Assembly (NCBI GenBank): GCA_000934665.2
Contig: KZ538116.1
Coordinates: 62,001 to 121,938 of the forward strand
Origin: Catajapyx aquilonaris
Lineage: Eukaryota
DNA: 59,938 nucleotides
Direction: 5' to 3'
Part shown: one piece after another, positions 23,201-35,672 of the stretch
Position numbering within the stretch: the first letter of the stretch is position 1
Layout: the number at the start of each line of letters is the position of its first letter
The notes under the pieces: model-generated
Database searches by the model: none
The model's input: the letters and a program-made list of their open reading frames with translations, nothing else
Told to the model about the DNA's origin: nothing
Position numbers and translations under genes: made by a program

Positions 23201-26200
23201 TTGGCCATTTTTGGGTCGTTCTGTTAGGAGGTAATTTTTTTGGAATTTTTTTGGCCATTGGAACATCTTTGAGACCATTTTTTTGCTCAAATTTTGGGTC
23301 AATTCATGGGCCGGTCATAATCTGTAGGAAGTGTTGCGTTGCTCTCAGGATAATAAAAAATGAAGATTCGTGGTGCTTCTGACTCTCATGCCATCTAGTG
23401 GCGACCAACCTGCACAGCTTGCGTACAACTTGATCGCGGTTCTTGGCCAGTGTGTCCCTCTGGTTGAAGGAACGCCAAACAGAGCTGATTACAAAAATCG
23501 GGTCAAACCTGGCGCGACACGATTAGTTTAGAAGAGAAAAACCGCCCATAAAGTTTGCGCAGAAGATTGCAGCAGCTGCCAGCTCTCGGGGGATCGCTTC
23601 CTGATCTTTGACCGGGCCGGACCAGACATTCCAATTGCACCACAGCATGAGATTAGACCGCGGAATGAATCCAGCTTTATATAGATTCAAATAATAGTTT
23701 CAGTAGAAATACTCGGAAGCGAAGCGAGTCGTTTTCTAGTGGATTTGTAAAGCTTGAGAGATAAGAAGGAAAACTCGTGGAATTATGACCGCAATATCAT
23801 CACCATCAATGGTTTATTTATGTTGATGTGGTCGGCCTGCATCAATATCTATTTGTTCTTTTAAAGCGTAGAGCAAATAATTTGCACCAATCGACGCGCT
23901 CTTTTCATTCAAAATATGAAAAAAATCCGATAGGAATCCAAAATCAAATAGACATTTTGCTTTTCACTCATCTATAAGAGCGTAAGATTCCCCTGCTCAT
24001 AATTAATTGCTGGTTAATTACACCCAGCATGAAAAGTCCTTAACTGCGCAATCAGTTCGACACAAGCACGATTTATGCAGATCTTTTACACCTGATTAAA
24101 AATGTCCTGAGCATTGTTGCTTCCCTGCCAAATTCGCCAATGACTTATCGAGGCTCCAAGTCGCACAAAACCAACAAACGAGCAGGAAAGGTCACGACAA
24201 TCGGCTCCGAAATAAGGGGGGAAAAATTTTAATTGTGTGTACTCACGCTTGCACTCGTGGGTGTTGTCAGAAGTTGCTCTTCCCCAGGGCACATCGTTGT
24301 AAAAGGGCAGGCACTCGTTGCAATCCGGTCCTCCGGTGTTGTGCTCGCAACGGCACACCAGGCGGGACTGGCCGTAATGAGACGTGCTAGGCACGCACTC
24401 CGAAGCATGTCCGTTGCACTTGCACCTATATACATAAAACCGCACCGTGTTATAGCCCACACACACTCCCAATATATTACTAACTAGATAACCCATAGCC
24501 AAAATTGGGCAAAACCCTTATGACTGTGACCAAGAGCTCTTGCTGAGATGGCCCGTCGATTTACCACATATAGTAGGCTACTATTCTTCACGGATAGATG
24601 GCACACTCTATACCTATGCACACTCCCGCCAGTCTCAGGTCGTGCTAGAGATAGCGATACTATGAGGTCGGACAAACATCCGACCGTGAGAATAAGCCTA
24701 TTATGAGAAAGATACTCACCTGCCGCCCACTGCAAAATCGGATACGGCGTAAAAGTACGACTCCAGTACTTTTGGATCGCCGAACACCTCGTCTCCGAAA
24801 GTGTTGATTCTGTCCAGAGTAACACGTATGTCCGTGGCTGTCACCCATTCCTGCAGCTCTTTGCTGTTCTCGAAGTTGTAAGCACTGGGTCGGCCTTCAA
24901 GGGTCGAGAAGGCCACGTTGCCCCCGGTCAGAGGAGATATGTCCGAAAACTCGGAAGTGCACAGGGCACGAGTTTCTTCTCCAGGACGCAGGTATATCCC
25001 GTCAGGCAAGCTGTACGTATCACGGCACGTCGCACTGTCGATCATAAAAATAGCAATTTAGTACATGGTGCTGATGAAGGAGAATCCGACAGTTTCGCAC
25101 TGCAGAAAACAAATCGCACGGGCCTGTACCTGCTCACAGTACCTGTAGTATTGATATGGTATCCAGGGGCCATCCTGCGACGTCCTTTTGTAAATGGCGA
25201 AACTCTCGGGTCGCGGCGAGTAGAATTTTAGGCGGACGTATGTGATGTCGAAGGCCTTCTCTGCCAACAAATAGTTTGGTCATTATTTTTTCCCCTACTC
25301 ACAACACAAATAATAATTGAGAGAAACTGTGATTCAAAAGTCACGGCATCATGTGAAAAATATGCAAATATTTCACTGAACTAAACTATTAAGTATCAAC
25401 GGTGTCATACTAATTTATGAGACATGACAATCAGTTACCTTTACGATCAATATATCCTGTGCTGTTATATTTTGATTGTATATATTTGGTGCATTTTTAT
25501 TGCCTCTCTTTCAAATGATTAGAATCAGAGGGTAATTAAAAATACTGCATTATTTAAAACACATAGGGATAGGTTCGCAGATGGTGACAGGCTGGACTAT
25601 ACTTCTAGATATTCGCATTCACTGTAATAATGGCATTATTGTGTAAAAATACTAAACAATTGCTTCAAACGTGTAAGCATAATAATCTCTGACGATTTAA
25701 CTGGACACATTCTTCAGTGTGCCTCTCTGACAAGTGAGACATGGCAACTCTGCCTTGAAATCTGATTCCTAGCCTATTCTAACAAGCTGGAAACGATAAA
25801 AGAGGAGGGAAGTCACCCTAATGTGTTTATCCCTCCTCAAGACACAGCCAAAAGTCTCCAGATTCCCAGGGTAGAATCGAGTTCGTAATTTTAAGTTCAG
25901 TCTGGTGTCCCCCCCATCGTCTGTTGTTTTTTTGTGCGTATGTATATCGTGCGGGACGTTTCTCCATCGTAAAGGTCTGATAAGAACTGTTTCAGCACTT
26001 GCAGGCATGAATGCCAATCTTTATAAGGCCGGTAATAAAATCGGAGAGAAGGCTGGGAAAAAGCTGGACCAAAAAAAGGAAACTGGGCAGAAGAAATGGT
26101 AATTACACGAATTGCTTTTACTCGATCCACTGATCACACCATACCCTCTAATTCATTTGCAATTTAAACGGCCGCAAATGCAATCACTGCTATTGAATTA

Positions 26201-29200
26201 TTCATTTACAATATGACCAGGGCAAACACATGTAGCAGTCGTGTAATAATAATTAATGTCTGTTGGTGACTTGCAGAGTCTTTTGACATTGACTATATGC
26301 GAGATTGACCCGAAACACTAAAGTAGAGCACCAGGCTTAGTTTAAAAAGGGTGTATAAGAGAGTCACTCACCCACTTTTTCAATTTGCAGCTGCAAGGGT
26401 GATGTCAGAGGCATGGGAATTAGGAAAGGGCAACATGACATGTTTCAGACCTTATATTGTGCATGTGTGCCAGGCAACAAGTCGACCCACACATTGCTGC
26501 ATTGCAAAGTCAGTGCCACCACTCTCGGCTAATAAAAGTGGGCCCACAGATATGATTCAGGCCATTATTGGATTCACACTTTCCTTTTGGGCCGACTGAT
26601 GTTCATAATATAATTTTTGAATAATTTTTATAACAACACCAACAACGGCAATACCTGTGAACAAGAGAGGTTGGTGGGTATAGCTCGGGACCGTTAGGAT
26701 AAACTAGTGCAAATTTGGCAAAATCCGGCAAAATCAGTATGCCAGTGACAATTTTAATGAAATGGCCCGCCTATTTGTCACGTAGTACTATTTTTCATGC
26801 CCAGATGGCGCATACTCTTTCTGCACACTCCTGCCACCCTCATGTCGTGCGAGAGATAGTGATACTATCAGGTCGGACAAACATCATATGGAGAGAATAA
26901 GCCTATTAGTAGAACGATTAATCGTGCCTTCTTCAGATTGATTGGAAAGGACTGTATAGTTATATATTTTCCCGTGGTCCGCATAAGTGCAAAAAGAGAA
27001 GCAACTCACTAAGTCCGAGGGTCAGGTTGACCTGGTTAGGGTACTGTACTCCTTCCAGCATGGTCTCAGACTGCCACCAGGTCTGGTTCTCGTTATTGTT
27101 GAAGTCCGTCAGATAGGTGGGCGGATGCTGCAGACCCGGTATGGTGTCGTCGCATATCTCGCACGACTTGCGTGGCCCCGATGCTCCGGTCTGTATGCAG
27201 TACTCCTGTGGTCCTTCACGGCCACACGTGTTGGTCGCGTCCACCAGTACGTTGAACGCTGCGTTCACGAACTCGGGGATGCATCGCTGTCACGAACAAG
27301 ACGAAGAAAAAAAAAATTATACAAACATGCTACATGTTGATACCAAGTACCTCCCACGACGAAGCCTTTCACAGGAAGAGAGGCTCCGGCTCCTCCTGTG
27401 TCCTGTTTTTACACCTTTTTGCCCCTTATTAAGGGGAAACCGGAGGGGCCTTCAGATGAATGATTACCCCCCACAAGTAGGACCCTTCTCAGAACCTGCC
27501 CAATTTTAGGGGGGATCCCACATGGCCCGGAAAAGAGGGTCGAAGGTACAGGAAGAAAATGTCAGCCGTCTCATTTACTACGACTCAATTAATCACGCTT
27601 TGTGAACATTTACATGATTCTCCCGATAGTGTTTTACAATGTCTGACATCCCACTTATGATGTGCTTGGCCTCCTTTTTTTTGAAGTTTGTTATTCCGGC
27701 ATAATGCGGGCGTTACATTATTTGTGTTGACCTCAAGGGGGCATGGTTCAAAAATAACGCCGCAAACGGAAGAATACCATCAGGCTCCTTGTAGCTGGCA
27801 GGAATTCAAATGAGTCTGGGGCTGGCTGGCGCGGAATATATGAATTATTTTTACGGATGAATGGCCCTGTTATGGGAGCTCTTTTTCTCACCGTGAGTTC
27901 TCCAAGCAAGCAGCTGGGGCGGCCGATTTATCTCCTCAAAAAAGGCTGCAACTAGCAGACATACACATGAAAAAACATCCTTAAATCTTGGGCGGCCCAC
28001 CAAGCGGCCACGAAGCCGATAAAGAACCACCAATTAAAACCGGTTTAGCGTGATAAACGGAGCTGCGAATTAGACCTTTTTCTACTCATAACAATGGAAC
28101 ACCATACGCAAGTTGTCCAGACCATTCCGGCACATTCCAGTACGTGCCACACATTTTTATAGCCATATATTGACCGGTACGTACATGCCCAATATGTCCT
28201 GCTACTAGTGAATCCGTTGCCGAATATTGGGGCAACACTGCCTCCCCACTTGGACGTAGTACGATAGGTCTGTCTGGCACACTATATGCCGCTCTCAGGC
28301 GGAACGTAGTAATACTGCATGCACGTTGATGATGAGTCACCCGGTGGACAAAGTCCGCGAGGGTGCTACAACCAGCAAGTGGCTCGCCTCCTTTGAACTG
28401 ACCGCTATAGCTCTCGCTGTTGAACGGGGAAAGTTATGACTATGGTAACTACACGCACCTAGGTGATGAGTCAACTTGTGCTCATGGGGATGAAGTCAAG
28501 CATTGTGAATAATTCTGAAAATGATTTTTTCCCGCCATGTATTTATGACTGGCACATTTATTCACTTCCGCATAAGCATCTGCTGGCTTGGAAAAATCCA
28601 AGGGTTTAGAGTCCACCAGCAGAAGTGCTGAAGGATGAAATTACAGGCGTGTTTGGCCAGGTTCCCAGTCCACTGTGTGCTAAAGCTTTATCAGCATTGG
28701 GGCAGTCATAAGGAAAACAACGAGGACTGACCTTTGGCCCCACCGGATGGACAATTCTGCCCTGGAAAGCTTGGGCACCACACTGTGCATGTTCGTACCT
28801 CATACGGTGCAATGTAAATTTTTTTACATGACCAGGAAGGTGGGTGTGGTCTGGTACACACGCAGATCCCTTTCAATGAGCGTCTGGTGTAATTGGGTTA
28901 AGGCCCCCCCCTCCTGTCTAATTTGGCCTCGGGGCAGGGCCAGAGTTCGCCCACCCACAGACTACCGCCGAAAAATCGTACCACTTTGAGGAAGGTCGTG
29001 GTTTTCTCTGTCAGCAACGCAGGACACCCTCTGTAATTGTTGGCTTCTCTCTAATTACGATTCAGTAACGCCGTGTAATTGTCTCGCCAACCGTGTCATT
29101 AACTCGTTGCATGGCTCGACGTCAGATTTTTCAGATGTTGGCAGTGGGTCTGCGTGCAACATCCCGAAAAACTTAATTCATTCGTCGGTTCCGGCAAATC

Positions 29201-30236
29201 ACACGCGTATCGTCACGGCTTAACCACCCGGTTTTATTAATGAACTCATTAACGTCATCTGGCCCAATGATGTAAGTCACCTAACAGCATTTAATAAATG
29301 AGTAATTACGCCTGATAATCACCCTTAATTAAAGGTTTCGTGTTCTCCCCCCCCCCCCTCTCAAATTTTCGATTGATGATGTACAGTGCGTATCCTGCAT
29401 TTTAATTACCGTTTCCAATTTTGTAATGGTATGTCGTTTTCAATCAGCTCAAAATGCCCAGATATGATCAGCCTCATATTATAAGCAACAACCCCGGGCG
29501 GATAATAGCCAAATAATTACATGGCCACGGATTGACCTCCCAGACTGTATTACACAGCATATCATTAGTTAAACCTAAGGCACCGTATTAAATTATACAC
29601 TGAAACCTGCCAATAGCGGAATTGCTCTGACTTAATACTTTTCCGTTATGCACGGCCGCGGTTATAGCTATAATATAACTAGCAGGGGGGCCCGTTCTTC
29701 GCACGGGGATTGGTAAATGAATTACGTTCATAAGACATCGATGTCCCAAGTTTCAGCACTCTCAGTAGTCCGGAAGTGGGTTAGGTGGCCCGGACATACA
29801 GACAAACTTCCTGATTTATATATATTAGAGATATAATAACTTGCAGAAGGGCGGGTTGTATGAAAGCTAATTTGAGTCATGTACGATGCTTTTCTTTTTA
29901 TTTCAGGGTACGTGCCGAACATGACCTGAGTGAGTACCGTACCTGCGGCTTGCCATGCTCGTCGTAACACCGGCTGCCGCTGGTGTTGGGACTGTTGGTA
30001 TCCAGTTGACCCCGTACCGAACCGCACATGAGCATCACCAGGAGCAACAATAGCCAAAAGGTGTTCGCCCCGGGGCTCGCCCTGGGGCAGCAGCCGCCAG
30101 TACAACAGTTCCTCCTGACCACCACCATGTCCTGTTTCGCACTAACCACAACCGTCCTCCTTCCCGCACTAGTCGCGGCACACCGACAGTACGGTACTCC
30201 ATGGTGTCGGTGCATGGGCAACCAACCGTCGGCCAT
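11237..30236 (-). CDS. LanB2: Laminin subunit gamma-1 (signal-LN-LE-L4-LE-coiled coil)
   Basis: Exons at about 30236 (or 30128)-29943, 27286-27010, 25260-25143, 25034-24720, 24425-24247, 16706-16521, 16328-16103, 16008-15899, 15838-15689, 15586-15179, 15097-14792, 14717-14541, 14325-13913, 13832-13562, 13462-13150, 13003-12893, 12721-12394, 12275-11684, 11599-11487 and 11359-11237. LN motifs: [36 protein letters not shown]. Nidogen-binding loop: [14 protein letters not shown]-terminus: [14 protein letters not shown]. Confidence 0.97.
16857..16962 (-). CDS. LanB2: Candidate alternative first coding exon of laminin gamma encoding a new signal peptide
   Basis: ATG at 16962 gives [35 protein letters not shown] plus 1 nt, then a consensus GTAAGT donor. 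Phase 1 matches the acceptor of exon 16706-16521. Confidence 0.6.
17837..18033. mobile_element. Tc1/mariner-type MITE
   Basis: TIRs CAGGGTGACCCTAAAGTCTGGACACATA and (reverse complement) CAGGGTGACCTTAAAATCAGGATACATA, with TA on both flanks. Confidence 0.8.
18261..18361. repeat. Short foldback inverted repeat, probably a MITE remnant
   Basis: TGGAATTTTCGTCCCACT pairs with AGTGGGATGAAAATTCCA; inner pair AACTTAGCAGT / ACTGCTAAGTT. Confidence 0.6.
21828..21919 (-). mobile_element. Very short non-autonomous Helitron-like element (family A)
   Basis: On the minus strand: A|TCCTATACCTAAT..., a subterminal hairpin GACTCTTGTTGCCAAAATTTGGCAACGAGTC, and a CTAG|T end. It shares the GGACAAAC...GAGAA(C/T)AAGC...ATTA segment with the copies at 24484 and 26704. 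Confidence 0.65.
23115..23739 (+). mobile_element. Possible Helitron-like element (3' end clear, 5' end uncertain)
   Basis: Hairpin ACTCG-GAAGCGAAG-CGAGT followed by TTTTCTAG|T ending at 23739-23740. The 5' end TCTGAACTATCAATTAT at about 23115 is only a guess. Confidence 0.4.
24484..24712 (-). mobile_element. Non-autonomous Helitron-like element (family A)
   Basis: Minus-strand A|TC...CTAG|T termini with no TSD; about 200 bp of clear similarity to 26704-26917. Confidence 0.7.
26704..26917 (-). mobile_element. Non-autonomous Helitron-like element (family A)
   Basis: Diverged copy of 24484-24712 (shared GCACACTCC..GCCA..CTCA.GTCGTGC.AGAGATAG.GATACTAT.AGGTCGGACAAACATC), with the same A|TC and CTAG|T ends. 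Confidence 0.7.
29679..29831 (-). mobile_element. Non-autonomous Helitron-like element (family B)
   Basis: Minus strand: A|TCTCTAATATATATAAATCAGG, a GTCT/GTAT microsatellite-like tract, a 3' hairpin CCCGTGCGAAGAACGGG, then CTAG|T. Confidence 0.8.
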
Positions 30237-31872
30237 CTTCAATCGAACACTGACCGCCGGCAGCCTGTGCACCTCTCTCTGTCCCAAGGAGGAAGGCCCC
30301 CTTCTTCTGAGCTTCACTTTTTTGCTGTGCTGCAGCCAGCTACTACCACCCACCCACCAGCCACCAGTCTCCGGTCCTGCCTTGGCCCCACCCCCCTTCT
30401 TCTTCTTCTCCTCTTCTCTTCCCAACAACTCCTCTCAACCTCCACCCCAGTCCCTTCCTCAGGGGTGACCAACAGTCATGTCAACATAACACGTCGTCTT
30501 TCTGGAGAGAAACTGGGTTCAGCCCTGGATTCGCGGAAATGGATGCCCCAAGTGGTTGGAATTGGAGATGCAGCCACGGTGTGTTGCACTGTTTAGAAAA
30601 AAATAAAATAAAAAGGGGGGCAAAAGGGACGGGCAAACGAGGCCAGCTGTCAGACACATGGCACAAGACATACATCAAGGACGGGGTTCAAGCAGCGCAG
30701 CATCTCACACTGAAAGAGGAAAGAGGAGGAGCCCAGGCCATCATGGGCGGTGTTTCCTTCTATTCCTGGAATGATCTTGGTGTACAATCAATGCCGAAAA
30801 GATGAGGATGAGCTGGAAAATGTATACAGCATAGGACAGTTGGATCCTACATGAATCCTAATCTTTTTGACTGTGATAGTACCTATAGAGGAGGGTTGTC
30901 ACTGTCCAGCTAGAAGGCGCATGGAAGAGAAGAGATTACGGGCTATCACTTCCTCTCATTAATTGCAGGCTGATAATGGGACAAGAGAGGATATCCCTCT
31001 TCCCAGAGCTAAGTCTGGGTGACTCCTCCCTGACCCCTACCCAAATCAGAAGGTCTATCTGGTGCAGAGGCAGGAAACTGTATCTTCTTATCGCCCTCCT
31101 CCCAAGCAAGCAATGGCAAGGAAAAACAATGACTCCTATTGTCACCTTCAAGAACATGCGGAACTGTTGCCAATAAAGTAAGCTCTAATTGCAAGGTTCA
31201 TGTGCATAATAATTGTCACCCTTCTTCAGAGGTATGCATTCAGGAAGTGTAATTACGACAAGAGAGAACAGTAAAAAATGTTTGATAGTAACACACATCC
31301 TATCTAGAGAACTTGTAATTTCATTTTATTATTGACTCACTGTCAGTACAGTCAGGTATACATCACTCTCAGCAGAAAAAAAGTACAAGCAAACCATTGT
31401 GTACCAGGAGGATTTCCAAATGAACAGGTTCATTGCACCTACTCATTACCAAAAGTAACAATAAATATTTAAAAAAACAATTATCGGGAGGTTTACTTGT
31501 GATTAAAAGATTACAGTATCAGTTGGCACAAAGACAATGCTGATCTCATTCATGAAATGACCAGGCCACCGAGCATTTCTAGTCACGTACCTTGCCAAGC
31601 GACATGCCCTCATCGTAATTCACACTCAATGCCCTAATCATCCTTAGCTGAGCAAAATGCGAGCTTATAAAAATACGACCTCATTCCCCCAGTGTCAGTC
31701 TTTGTTTAAAAGTGTATTAAAAAACCTTTGTTATTTTTTTAAAAAATGATCAGGGGAGCTGTTTGCCATACAAACGTTGTGATCTGCCAAAAAATGCTGC
31801 AAAGCAAACCACACATTCCTGGTTTTTTACATTGGTGTTGGCAGCCCAATTGGGCTCCCTTATTGGTACCTT

Positions 31873-34800
31873 TTAAATTATTTTGACAACAAGTTTCCCT
31901 GTTGCACCCCGGTTGTGTATTATATCATGATGTGCCTGCTGTATCTGCTCCAAGTCATATTCACGAGCTATCACAGGGGTCACCCAGCCATCCTCAATAC
32001 CCTTCACAATGTATGAGCCAGTAGCTTTCATCTCGTCCTGGAAGAAACATTACAATGTTAGAAACCTGCACTTTAACTCATTCTTGCATGTTGAGATCAG
32101 TATTTGTACAATCCTTCATTGCATTTCGATACCTGTGAATTTATTTTGCAGGCGGCTCATGCTTGAACTTACCGCTGTGGACTGCAGAAGGGCAACTCCC
32201 AAGATGATGCTTTCTGTGAGCATCAAGTGACGGGGATTGATCTCAACAGTGCCTCTTGAACCTACAACCTTGGAATGGAGAATAATTAGGCTCATTATCT
32301 TAAGACAATAAATTACTGCATAAGTTTATTACACAGGAGGAATATTAAAGTGCGCATTGATCTGGCAGCATAAAAGTAAACATTCATTAGATCATGTGGG
32401 GCTTCAGATGATGCCAACTGATGAAAATTGGGGGCGAGGGACATCTATATGGTTTTTGAAACATGGCGGGAGGAAATGGAATGCAGAAATCAGCAGCTTA
32501 TGTGAGCAGCTGCGTTTCAGGCCTGGGTAGATGAACGATTAATTTCAATATCTGGGAGGGTAATGAGTCAAAATAATGTTGACAGCACTTATTGTAAGAC
32601 AGGGACATTAAGAAACCACTTTTGTGCATTGTTTGGGATTCAAAATTTAGGGCAAGATGTGCAATAATGGGGAAGTAGCCTTCATTTTGGAAACTACATA
32701 ATAAATTCGCCCATATTTTTTGGATTTTTTTGGCATATTCTGTTTTAAGATATCAGTTTCAGTTCCGGAGTAATTGGGGTTTTTATGTAGGCTAATGGTG
32801 ATGTCACTGTTAGCCTAGAAAATGTTGACGTCACGCGAAGTGAAATGAACGCAAAAATGGTGTTATAGAACGCGCCCCGTCATTGTCGTAAAATGCTTCG
32901 CTGTTGTTAGCAACCGTCCCATTCCGTGAGCAAGATAACGGCCGGGGCGCGTATTTATTCCAGGCCGCTCAAGCCGCTTTGTACATGGCAGTGATGCCAC
33001 CAGGTCGGAATTATCTGTCACCCGAATTCGGCACATGAAGGCCCCTTTTCTCCACCTGGATGGCCTACAGCCGCCTTGCGAATGCTTTCCGTCGTGTCCG
33101 CGGTTAATTCGAAGTCAAATTCCTCATATCTCGCAGTCAACCAGGCATTTCAGTGTACCCTTTCGATTGGCACCACCCGGCCGGGGCATTTTTCCCGCCA
33201 ATTTCGAAGGCACTTTTAAATGTGCCGTAATTTATCCAGTAATGTCATTTTGATGCAACAAAGTGATGAAATGTATGTTTACAGGCATGGGCTAGCTAGT
33301 TATGAACAAAAATCCCAAATCCCAGACCAAGGCTACTTCCCCATTTAAATACATTACTAACTAACTAATGAATGCAGCCGTAATTCCACACCTGGAATCA
33401 ACCTAAGAAACACTCATCAGCAGAGTTTACCAATAAATTCTATTGTAAGTCATTGGGCCAGTTGTATGAAAGCAAATAAGGGAAAATCTTCAATTAGTAC
33501 ACACTCACACTTGATAACCCAACAATCACATATTTTATCCTGATGATTCATTATGTCACACATGGTCATGTGCTCACACCAATTTTCAAACACTGAAAAT
33601 CATAATCTTCTGTTTACAGTGGCAAATATTTGGCAGACAATAATTGGCCTTGTTTTTGAAGGTCATGTGATTGTTTTAAAAATATTATTTCAAATTTTAA
33701 TTTTTGGGAAAATGGCCCTTTTGCCTTCGTACCAGTGGCCCTTAACCTTTCAACTTCTCATGTGTGTGACTATATACTAACCAGGACTCGGGCACCCTGG
33801 TTCAGTATGGTCAGGTCAGATCCAAGGTTGACGTTGGCCAAGTTTTCAAGGACGACATCAAATCCAGAGCCGCCAATAGCTGCCACCGCATTAATTAGGT
33901 ATCCTTTCTCCCTAGAAGTCAAGAGAAGGCTCAGATTTTCATGTATTTGCATATTTTTTATGCCTACTGATGCAAGGCACCAATGGAATGTGCACAGAAG
34001 TATACCTATTTAGGGTTCTATGAATGAACATGAGTTAAGATTTCCGCACTTTCCCCCCCCGAAAATGGCTCAAAACATCGCCCTGCGTCTTATATGCAAA
34101 AATACAAAACGAACTTCTTTTATTGAATATGATCTACTGAAATGGGGGTGCATCTTATATACCTGTGCGTCTTATATGCCGTCAAATACGGTAACTATGG
34201 AGGTAGTCTATATGTTCATGCAACCAGTCACATATAATTCACTAGCTGCCACTATACAAAGCCATAGACCAATTTGAATCCCAATCGGTTCATATTGACA
34301 ATACAGAGTCAAGAGTAAAAAAAGGAACAACAGTGTCACTCAAGCACTGATTAGAATTGTGTAATAACAGTTCATACTAAGGCAAAGTGCACTTCTCTGC
34401 AGCACAAGGGACACAAAGTTGTTGTCAAGTAAATAAAAACTTTCCTGCCCATACTTGTGATTGAAAGCATGATGTGCCCCAGTGCTCCTGACCAGCTCCA
34501 GACCTTCCTCAGTTCCAGCAGTAGCTACAACAGTCATTCCCAGGTTCCTGCCAATCTGGATGGCAGCCAGTCCCACCCCGCCACTTCCTCCGTGAACCAG
34601 CAGCTTCTCTCCTGGCTTGGAGTTAGCCTTGAGCACCAGGGCCCTGTAGGCTGTGAAGTAAGGAACACCAAGAGCTGCTCCCTGGCTGAAACTCAAGCGA
34701 TCCCCGAGGGGAAACGTGTGCAACGCAGGGCAGGCCACATATTCTGCACATGCTCCTGATGCGTTGCAGGCACAGAACACACGATCCCCAGGCTGAAAGG

Positions 34801-35672
34801 AATAATGAGTGATGAATAGATCACTTCTGATACCAGAGAATTTGTACTCATGCAAACGATTAAACACAGTAACAATTTGGAGTAAACTGTGAAATTATGC
34901 AAATACACAAATATTCCAAAATCCGAAACAATCTGAAATCCGAAACGTTGCTGGTCACAAGCACTTCGGACAAGGATTCTCCACCTAATTTGAATCTTTA
35001 AAATGGGGCATATTTCGGATGGAATAAATGCCTCAACGTGGCATTCATATGCATTTCTTAATAGATATTACATGTAAAACCTGGAGGAAGTTTTTATAAA
35101 CATTTGGTAAAAATTGTTTTATACAGGTAATGATGCTAGTAATGTCACAATCGAATGGAATTTTGCATTCGTGACGTGCCATGTAAGCACTTTAAAAAAA
35201 TGACAGATTTTGTAATTTTGGATAAAGGAGTCTCTACCTGTAATTAAACACCCTTCACAAGCATTTACTTAAGCAATGGCATTATAAATACCTTAAATAA
35301 TTTGACATCACTCCCGACAGATTCCACAGTGCCTGCAGCATCCTTTCCTGTGATAAATGGGTAGTCTGGGATCTTGCTGTAAGCCCCCTCTCGGATGTAC
35401 GTATCCACCGGATTGATTCCAGCCACATGTACCTTCATTCTGACCTGAAACGAGTGCGGTACTATAAGGCCACGTACAAAAATGCAATCATGACAGTGTG
35501 TTACATGGCTTGAATGACATTGTTAACATAGCAACCTTCCTAGTTTCCCTGTGCTTACCTCATCCTTCCCACACTCTGGCATCGGCACATTCTTCTCGAC
35601 TGTGAGAACATCCGGTCCGCCTGCCTTGTAGACCCTCACGGCCCTCATCGCTCGGCCACCCAGCTCAGCCAT
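31873..35672 (-). CDS. CRYZ: Quinone oxidoreductase / zeta-crystallin (MDR family, NADPH-binding)
   Basis: Exons 35672-35559, 35444-35292, 34792-34455, 33911-33782, 32268-32173 and 32037-31873. Motifs: AGINPVDTYIREG, GAALGVPYFTAYRAL, LVHGGSGGVGLAA, ENLANVNLGSDL, VGSRGTVEINPR, AHHDIIHNRGATGKLV. Confidence 0.93.
32666..33345. mobile_element. Non-autonomous DNA transposon in a CRYZ intron
   Basis: Perfect 17-bp TIR AATGGGGAAGTAGCCTT / AAGGCTACTTCCCCATT around a CpG-rich non-coding interior; superfamily not determined. Confidence 0.7.
34040..34193. mobile_element. pogo/mariner-type MITE end fragment
   Basis: Repeated GCGTCTTATATGC units ending in GTCAAATACGG|TA, a typical terminus of TA-targeting MITEs. 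Confidence 0.55.
34908..34986 (+). mobile_element. Tigger/MER2-like transposon end fragment
   Basis: CAAATATTCCAAAATCCGAAACAATCTGAAATCCGAAACGTTGCTGGTCACAAGCACTTCGGACAAGGATTCTCCACCT resembles the MER2 3' end as I recall it. A related end, GGATAAAGGAGTCTCTACCTG|TA, lies at about 35221-35242. Confidence 0.6.

Noticed and set aside
25769..26017. Possible RTE-LINE remnant (FGCVLRRD)
   Set aside because: Too short and degenerate to support.
30028..30596. Plus-strand ORFs over the laminin 5' end
   Set aside because: Expected in GC-rich first-exon/UTR sequence; no domain features.
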